From NCBI RefSeq assembly GCF_000392435.1, contig NC_021219.1, positions 720,001 through 752,000 of the forward strand: DNA of 32,000 nt. Reading direction: 5' to 3'. The stretch is from Candidatus Saccharimonas aalborgensis. GTDB taxonomy: Bacteria; Patescibacteriota; Saccharimonadia; Saccharimonadales; Saccharimonadaceae. A program made the translations under genes and the position numbers. Under the pieces are notes generated by a model. The model did no database searches, was not told the DNA's origin, and saw nothing but the letters and a program-made list of their open reading frames with translations. This document shows positions 1 through 5,629 of this stretch, piece by piece. Every line of letters begins with the position of its first letter. Position 1 is the first letter of the stretch.

Positions 1-102
1 GCGGAGGAGGGCATCAGGATCCTCCACCTCAACGGCACCGGAACTGCAGGCGAAGTCCATGATCGTATCTACGCCGAGGTAAGTGAGGTATGCCAGAATT
101 AG
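1..102 (+). CDS. adk: adenylate kinase, C-terminal fragment (5' end outside window)
   Basis: Frame 1 is open from the window edge to TAG at 100-102 (...ILHLNGTGTAGEVHDRIYAEVSEVCQN*). The tail resembles Adk C-termini (idG..s.eeV...I). It lies directly upstream of map, as in the conserved secY-adk-map order, and overlaps the map start by 13 nt. It is too short for a firm call. Confidence 0.4.
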   Translation, partial: AEEGIRILHLNGTGTAGEVHDRIYAEVSEVCQN

Positions 103-857
103 TCACCGGCCAAAAAACGCCGGTACAAATCGAGGCAATGCGTCAAGGTGGTCGTATTTTAGCTCGTATTTTTGCTGATCTTAGGGATTATGTTCACGCA
201 GGTCTATCGGAAAAAGAGATCGATGCGTTTGTATCGCAGAAAATTGCTGACTATGGTGCGAGCGCAACATACCTTACTGAAGATGTAAACTTTCCAGGAG
301 TGATCTGTATCAGTGTAAATGAAGAGATTGTGCATGGTATCCCGACCAATTATGTGCTGCAAAAGGGTGATATTGTGAGTTTTGATCTTGTCATAACCTA
401 TAAAGAAATGGAGACCGATAGCGCCTTTACGATGATGGTTGATGAGCAGCCGACGGGGGCAGCCAAGCACCTGCTTGCCGCAACAGAGCGTAGCCTCTAT
501 GCGGGAATCGATGCGATTAAAGGACCGGTCTATACTGGCGATATTTCTGCTGCCATTGAGGCAGTATTGCGGGCGTCAAAATTGGGAATTATCCGTGAGT
601 TGGTGGGTCATGGTGTCGGGCTCTCGATGCACATGCCACCCGATATACCAAATTATGGCCGAAAAGGTACGGGGGTACTACTGAAACCTGGCGATACCAT
701 CGCGATTGAGCCGATGGCAACACTTGGGGGTGAAGCGATTGCGCAACTTGATGATGGGTGGACATATGTGACGCGCGACGGGAGTCTTGCGGCTCATTTC
801 GAGCACACTGTTCTGATTACTGAAAACGGTGCAGAAATCTTAACGTTAGCAGTATAA
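90..857 (+). CDS. map: type I methionine aminopeptidase
   Basis: 255 aa with the full-length MetAP pattern: metal-ligand contexts FDLVITY..D, VGHGVG, IAIEPM and FEHTVLIT. Confidence 0.95.
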   Translation: MPELVTGQKTPVQIEAMRQGGRILARIFADLRDYVHAGLSEKEIDAFVSQKIADYGASATYLTEDVNFPGVICISVNEEIVHGIPTNYVLQKGDIVSFDLVITYKEMETDSAFTMMVDEQPTGAAKHLLAATERSLYAGIDAIKGPVYTGDISAAIEAVLRASKLGIIRELVGHGVGLSMHMPPDIPNYGRKGTGVLLKPGDTIAIEPMATLGGEAIAQLDDGWTYVTRDGSLAAHFEHTVLITENGAEILTLAV

Positions 858-874
858 GGTATCCGTAAGCGCTA

Positions 875-883
875 TGCTATAAT
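875..883 (+). promoter_or_regulatory. extended -10 promoter element TGcTATAAT upstream of ftsA
   Basis: tgctataat at 875-883, embedded in the inverted repeat cgctat/atagcg (872-889). It ends only 8 nt before the ftsA ATG (892), and there is no Shine-Dalgarno sequence in between. Confidence 0.5.
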
Positions 884-891
884 AGCGGTAT

Positions 892-2133
892 ATGCAAGAA
901 CAAAATCGATATGCAGTCGGTATTGATGTCGGAACAACGATGATTCGTTGCGTGGTGGGACACGTCGATCCGGCGACCGGAACCCCTACGATCGTGGGAG
1001 TCGGACAAGCGCCAAACACAGGAATGAGAAAAGGAACAGTAGTAAATCTCGCCGGTCCAGCACATGCGATCGATGAGGCGCTTGGTGAGGCCGAACGAAT
1101 GAGTGGTTACGAGGTAAACGATGCCACGATGAGTATTAATGGCTCGCACATACTTAGTACGAAAGCCGACGGTATGATTGCTGTCGGGATGGCAGATCAT
1201 GAAATCAATAGTGAAGATTTACGACGCATCGAAGAAGTAGCTACAACAGGCAAGGTGCCCGCTAACCGCGAAATCCTAGAGGTTGTGCCGCATAGTTACA
1301 TACTCGACGGCCAGACGGGCATAAAAGACCCTCTCGGTATGTCGGGTACTCGCCTAGAGATAGATGCAAATGTTATTTCGGCACTGAGTCCGTATGTTTC
1401 TAGTTTGCAAAAAGCAGCCGAAATGGCGACCGTCCACCCCAATGCCCTTGTCGTATCAGTGCTGGCGGCTGCCAAAGCATCGCTTGGTGAGCAACAGATT
1501 GAAAGCGGCGTGGCGGTTGTTGATATCGGCGGAGCCACGACCGGTGTAGCCGTATTTGAAGAGGGTGATCTACAATACGTTGGCATTATACCGATAGGTG
1601 GTGCCAATATTACTAATGATTTGGCGATTGGGCTCAAAGCTGATCCCGAGCTCGCTGAAAAAGTAAAAGTGACCCATGCGGTCGCTGTATCAAGAAAAGA
1701 AAACGAAGGTGTAAGTGTAAAACACGGCGGCGAAGTGATGTCGTTTTCGACCCAGGATATTGATGAGATTGTCGAAGCACGACTTGAAGAACTATTTGAG
1801 GCTGTCCAAAAGGAGTTGAAAAAGGCTGGTAGGGCGGGACAGTTGCCGAGCGGTGTTGTGCTAACTGGTGGAGGTGCCAAACTAAAAGGAATTGCGGAGT
1901 ACGCAAAAGAACAATTAGGGTTAGCGGTGCGTGTCGGTAAACCCGGCGGGTTCGGAGGAGTGGCTGACCAAATAGAAGAGCCGCAGTTTGCGACAGCAGT
2001 TGGCTTGATGTTAGTGGATGTTGACGATGCGAATGTTCGGCAACCCACTACCGGTAAGCGCATAAATGGTGCCAAGGCAGTAAAGCAGGCATCAGGCATC
2101 CTCTCGAAACTGCTCAGTCGTTTTAAGGCGTAG
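892..2133 (+). CDS. ftsA: cell division protein FtsA
   Basis: 413 aa with an actin-like ATPase N-terminus (YAVGIDVGTTMIRCVVG), DIGGATTGVAVF and VLTGGGAKLKG motifs, and a C-terminal amphipathic tail (GILSKLLSRFKA). It sits directly upstream of ftsZ. Confidence 0.93.
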   Translation: MQEQNRYAVGIDVGTTMIRCVVGHVDPATGTPTIVGVGQAPNTGMRKGTVVNLAGPAHAIDEALGEAERMSGYEVNDATMSINGSHILSTKADGMIAVGMADHEINSEDLRRIEEVATTGKVPANREILEVVPHSYILDGQTGIKDPLGMSGTRLEIDANVISALSPYVSSLQKAAEMATVHPNALVVSVLAAAKASLGEQQIESGVAVVDIGGATTGVAVFEEGDLQYVGIIPIGGANITNDLAIGLKADPELAEKVKVTHAVAVSRKENEGVSVKHGGEVMSFSTQDIDEIVEARLEELFEAVQKELKKAGRAGQLPSGVVLTGGGAKLKGIAEYAKEQLGLAVRVGKPGGFGGVADQIEEPQFATAVGLMLVDVDDANVRQPTTGKRINGAKAVKQASGILSKLLSRFKA

Positions 2134-2214
2134 TGACTGGCTTTTATCTGAACAATAATGGTATACTAGAACAAGATAGTTATTCGATCATGATCAAGGG
2201 GAGACGAGTAAATC

Positions 2215-3417
2215 ATGCCTGAAGTAAAACCGAGTGAGATTCAGACTTTTGCGAGCATCAAGGTAGTTGGTGTGGGAGGAGCAGGAGGGTCTGCAGTAAA
2301 TAGGATGAAAGACGCCGGATTGGTAGGCGTTCAATTTATTGCAATGAATACCGACGCTCAGGCACTTCATAATTCAAAAGCCGATGTAAAGATACATCTT
2401 GGACATAACACAACGAATGGTCTTGGTGCGGGTGCCGATCCTACTGTTGGTGAGGCGGCAGCACGAGAATCAGTGACAGAGATTCGTGATGCGCTCGAAG
2501 GGGCAGATATGGTGTTTGTCACCATAGGAGCAGGCGGTGGAACTGGTTCGGGTGCTGGTCATGTAGTAGCGGAAATTGCTCGAGAGCTAGGCATTTTGAC
2601 AGTAGGAGTGGCAACAAAACCCTTTAGTTTTGAGGGAGAGAAACGACGGACAAATGCAGAGTGGGCAATTGCCCAACTTGGCAAACAAGTTGATACGCTG
2701 ATAACCATTCCGAATGATCGTTTACTGCAAACGATTGATCGACGGACTCCTTTGCTCGAGACGTTTAAAATTGCAGATGACGTATTACGTCAGGGCGTTC
2801 AGGGTATCTCGGAATTGATCACAGAACACGGACTTATCAACCTTGACTTTGCTGACGTCAAGGCGATCATGAGTAACGCCGGTAGTGCACTCATGGGAAT
2901 CGGACGAGCAAGCGGTGATGACCGTGCCGCACAGGCCGCTCAGCAGGCCATTGAAAGTCCGCTCATTGAAGTATCGATCGATGGTGCTAAGGGAGTACTC
3001 TTTAACGTCACCGGTGGCTATGACATGAGTATGAGTGAGATCCAGGAAGCTGCTGAGATTATCACGAGCGCCGTTAGCCCCGACGCGAATATCATCTTTG
3101 GTGCGACACTCAAGCCAGAGCTGGAGGATGAGCTTATTATTACGGTGATTGCAACAGGGTTTGATAGCGCCTACTATCATCAGCAAGCAACACCTTCGTT
3201 AGCTGGGTCATCTTTGTCTCAGGATGCAGCTCAGGATAATACTGTCGACGAAGCGGTAGGAAACATTGACATGAACTTGAACCACACGGATGCCGCCGAG
3301 CATTTTGCGAGCGATACCGATCACAATATATGGAATCAACCTCAAGAACAAGATGAGGATGATACACCAGCATTTTTGCGTCGACGAAAAAAACGTAAAG
3401 AAACAAAAGAATCGTAA
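2215..3417 (+). CDS. ftsZ: cell division GTPase FtsZ
   Basis: 400 aa with the tubulin signature GGGTGSG ([17 protein letters not shown]), NTDAQAL, and the C-terminal conserved peptide [12 protein letters not shown] aaggggaga lies at 2196-2204. Confidence 0.97.
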   Translation: MPEVKPSEIQTFASIKVVGVGGAGGSAVNRMKDAGLVGVQFIAMNTDAQALHNSKADVKIHLGHNTTNGLGAGADPTVGEAAARESVTEIRDALEGADMVFVTIGAGGGTGSGAGHVVAEIARELGILTVGVATKPFSFEGEKRRTNAEWAIAQLGKQVDTLITIPNDRLLQTIDRRTPLLETFKIADDVLRQGVQGISELITEHGLINLDFADVKAIMSNAGSALMGIGRASGDDRAAQAAQQAIESPLIEVSIDGAKGVLFNVTGGYDMSMSEIQEAAEIITSAVSPDANIIFGATLKPELEDELIITVIATGFDSAYYHQQATPSLAGSSLSQDAAQDNTVDEAVGNIDMNLNHTDAAEHFASDTDHNIWNQPQEQDEDDTPAFLRRRKKRKETKES

Positions 3418-3431
3418 GGGTACTCATACAT

Positions 3432-3887
3432 ATGGCATTGAATTTTAAGATTGGTGACAGCCGGGTCTTAGAATCGCGTGAATCCGCTGATGGAATTACT
3501 ATTCGTCGACGTCGCGAAACAATGGATGGGAAGCACCGATTTACTACCTACGAGAGAATAGAACATCCAAATCTAGCTGTCATCAAAAAAGATGGTTCAC
3601 GCGAATTATTTGATCGAGACAAATTGACAGGCGCCGTTACAAAGTCGGTTGGCAAGTTCCTGAAAGGACAAGAGGAAATTGCGGCGATTATTGATACTGT
3701 AGAGGAATCACTGTATGAGATGGGTGAGAGCGAAGTAACATCAAGGCAAATTGGTGAGCTGGTTCTCGATGAACTGGCTGAACGCAACGAAGTTGCCTAC
3801 GTGCGATTTGCCAGTGTATTTCACAAGTTCAAAACGTTGAATGACTTCGTAAAGATACTTGAACAGCGCAAAAAAGACAGGAATTGA
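3432..3887 (+). CDS. nrdR: NrdR-family transcriptional repressor (ATP-cone), lacking zinc-ribbon cysteines
   Basis: 151 aa, colinear with NrdR: SRVLESR, IRRRRE, RFTTYE and an ATP-cone ending VAYVRFASVFHKF. The four Cys of the N-terminal CX2C...CX2C ribbon are replaced (L3, K6, T30, G33), and the protein contains no Cys at all. Confidence 0.85.
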   Translation: MALNFKIGDSRVLESRESADGITIRRRRETMDGKHRFTTYERIEHPNLAVIKKDGSRELFDRDKLTGAVTKSVGKFLKGQEEIAAIIDTVEESLYEMGESEVTSRQIGELVLDELAERNEVAYVRFASVFHKFKTLNDFVKILEQRKKDRN

Positions 3888-3889
3888 TA

Positions 3890-4156
3890 ATGAGAGTTGT
3901 GGTGGTTACAAAGCCAGAAACTGATTATGCACGGTCTGTCGAGATATTCTTGAATGATTTTAAGCGCCAGACGGGAAAAGAGGTTGAGATACTTGACCCC
4001 GATAGTTTAGCGGGTGGGACCTTTTGCCAATCCTACGACATCGTTGAATATCCGACAATTATCGCACTAAGTAATGATGGACAGGTCCAAAATAGCTGGC
4101 GAGGAACAGCGCTTCCAACGATTAGCGAGGTGAGTTACTATGTTTCACAAGATTAA
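3890..4156 (+). CDS. hypothetical small protein, thioredoxin-fold-like, without CXXC
   Basis: ATG 3890 is preceded by aggaa at 3878-3882. The ORF track starts at TTG 3884, which is too close to that RBS. The beta-alpha-beta pattern (RVVVVTK..., EVEILD, cis-Pro-like EYPTIIAL, VQNSWRG) suggests a Trx/Grx fold, but no CXXC is present. It overlaps the VKOR start by 17 nt. Confidence 0.55.
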   Translation: MRVVVVTKPETDYARSVEIFLNDFKRQTGKEVEILDPDSLAGGTFCQSYDIVEYPTIIALSNDGQVQNSWRGTALPTISEVSYYVSQD

Positions 4157-4769
4157 AGATTATTTTACGCATGAAGACAAAAAACTTCGTGACGATCGAT
4201 GGATTTTCCTTAGTATGCTGGTGGGTGCGATCGGTAGTCTCATTGCTGCATTTGTGTTGTCGGTAGAAGCAGTTGAACTTGCCAAAAATAGCCATGCGGT
4301 CCTCAGCTGCAACTTCAATGCGGTGCTTAACTGCGGAGCTGTCGGTGTTCATCCTTCTGCACACCTGTTTGGATTTCCCAACAGCTTTCTGGGATTGATT
4401 GCCGAACCAGTGGTGATCACGGTTGCGGTGGCAGGTCTCGCTGGTGTGAAATTTCCTCGACTCTTTATGTTTGTCGCGCAGATTTGCTATAGCTTAGGGC
4501 TGATATTTGCCCTCTGGCTGTTTGCGACGAGCTATTTTGTGATCGGAGCACTGTGTCCTTGGTGTCTGCTCGTGACAGCTACGACGCTATTTGTGTGGTT
4601 TGCTATCACTCGTTACAATATACGCGAGAATAACCTGTATCTTTCCCCGAGCGTATCGAAATGGGCTCACCGCTGGGTTGAAAAAAGTTATGATAAAGCG
4701 CTTCTCTTTACGCTTGTGTCTCTATTGGTAGGCGCAATCGTCGTTAAGTACGGAAATGCACTTTTTTAA
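4140..4769 (+). CDS. vitamin K epoxide reductase (VKOR) family membrane protein, DsbB-like
   Basis: 209 aa, polytopic. It has the loop Cys pair CNFNAVLNC followed by SAHLFGFPNSFLG, and a transmembrane CXXC (CPWC), the hallmark layout of bacterial VKOR homologues. RBS gaggtga lies at 4127-4133. Confidence 0.75.
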   Translation: MFHKIKDYFTHEDKKLRDDRWIFLSMLVGAIGSLIAAFVLSVEAVELAKNSHAVLSCNFNAVLNCGAVGVHPSAHLFGFPNSFLGLIAEPVVITVAVAGLAGVKFPRLFMFVAQICYSLGLIFALWLFATSYFVIGALCPWCLLVTATTLFVWFAITRYNIRENNLYLSPSVSKWAHRWVEKSYDKALLFTLVSLLVGAIVVKYGNALF

Positions 4770-4843
4770 GCAAAAGCTTTGTTTTTTACAACATATAGCG
4801 TACAGTGGAGGTATATCCATTTGCTTTAAGGAGGGCAAGTAAT

Positions 4844-5356
4844 ATGGCAAAAGCTAAAAAAACGGTAAATTATGAGAAGGCGTGGTATGCACTTGCGGCT
4901 GCCCGAGTCATGGTGGGATTTGTCTTTTTGTGGGCATTTCTCGACAAGACAATGGGACTTGGCTTTGCGACAAAGCATGGACAGGCATGGCTTGACGGTG
5001 TTTCGCCAACGATGGGTTTTCTGAAATTTGGTGTCAATGCGAAAGGACCATTTGTAGACTTTTTTCATAGTTTAGCGGGCAATGTTTTCGTTGACTGGTT
5101 GTTTATGCTTGGGTTACTAGGTATCGGCATGGCATTGATTCTTGGGATTGGCCTACGCGTTGCTGCAGTTGCGGGCACAACACTTCTCGTTATGATGTGG
5201 GCTGCCGAGTTACCGCTGGCGAATAACCCTGTTGTCGACGAACATCTCGTCTATGCAACGATGCTATGGGTGTTTGCCTTTGGTCCACGCAAATGGAGTT
5301 TGATTGACACGTGGCTTCAAACACCAGCTGCAAAGAACAATCCTTGGCTTTGGTAA
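4844..5356 (+). CDS. DoxX/DoxD-like membrane protein
   Basis: ATG 4844 is preceded by a strong RBS (aaggaggg, 4828-4835). The ORF-track GTG 4805 is upstream of that RBS. Four predicted TM segments follow the DoxX/DoxD-like pattern (RVMVGFVFLWAFLDK ... NNPVVDEHLVYA). Confidence 0.65.
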   Translation: MAKAKKTVNYEKAWYALAAARVMVGFVFLWAFLDKTMGLGFATKHGQAWLDGVSPTMGFLKFGVNAKGPFVDFFHSLAGNVFVDWLFMLGLLGIGMALILGIGLRVAAVAGTTLLVMMWAAELPLANNPVVDEHLVYATMLWVFAFGPRKWSLIDTWLQTPAAKNNPWLW

Positions 5357-5378
5357 TAAGCCGAGAATATCCGTCACT

Positions 5379-5413
5379 AAAACATGGTCGAAAAACGGCC
5401 ATGTTTTTATTTT
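5379..5413 (+). terminator. rho-independent terminator after the DoxX-like gene
   Basis: 12-bp stem: aaaacatggtcg (5379-5390) pairs with cggccatgtttt (5396-5407), including one G-U pair, with loop aaaaa. It is followed by tatttt. Confidence 0.8.
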
Positions 5414-5449
5414 GCGCCTGCTATTGTATACTAGTGGCAAGACGTTTGA

Positions 5450-5629
5450 GTGGTTATCAGCCGCGAGTCGCCAGAAGAACAGAGTTTTCCTAGTAGAACT
5501 GGCCGGTATCGACACGACAGATCGAACCAATAAAGCGCTAAAAAGAATCTCTTTTTGGAAACTGGATGGTACCTCCCGCAAGGGATCCAGTGACTAAAAA
5601 GGGATTTTTAATTTTAAGGAGATCTAGTC
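5450..5629 (+). promoter_or_regulatory. T-box leader (tRNA-Ile sensing) of ileS
   Basis: Canonical antiterminator-type element at 5562-5590: helix ctgga/tccag, a 7-nt bulge UGGUACC (5567-5573) and inner helix uccc-gcaa-ggga. This matches the T-box core (..GGUGGUACC..), with UGGU complementary to an ACCA 3' end. A small Stem-III-like hairpin lies upstream (aaaaaga-auc-ucuuuuu, 5540-5556). A candidate Stem I (5452-5528) exposes AUC (5508-5510, Ile codon) followed by a purine on the 3' side of an internal loop. It lies directly upstream of ileS. All folding was done by eye only. Confidence 0.7.

Noticed and set aside
1296-2099. 267-aa ORF on the minus strand, antisense to ftsA (plus 1634-1906)
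   Set aside because: It lies entirely inside the well-supported ftsA frame. The product is low-complexity and Ser/Thr/Pro/Ala-rich, as expected for the antisense frame of a real gene, and there is no RBS.
5264-5597. ORFs of 60-105 aa on both strands in the DoxX-ileS gap (5304-5597 +, 5311-5493 +, 5264-5581 -)
   Set aside because: They span a rho-independent terminator and the T-box leader. None has an RBS, and the region is better explained as regulatory RNA.
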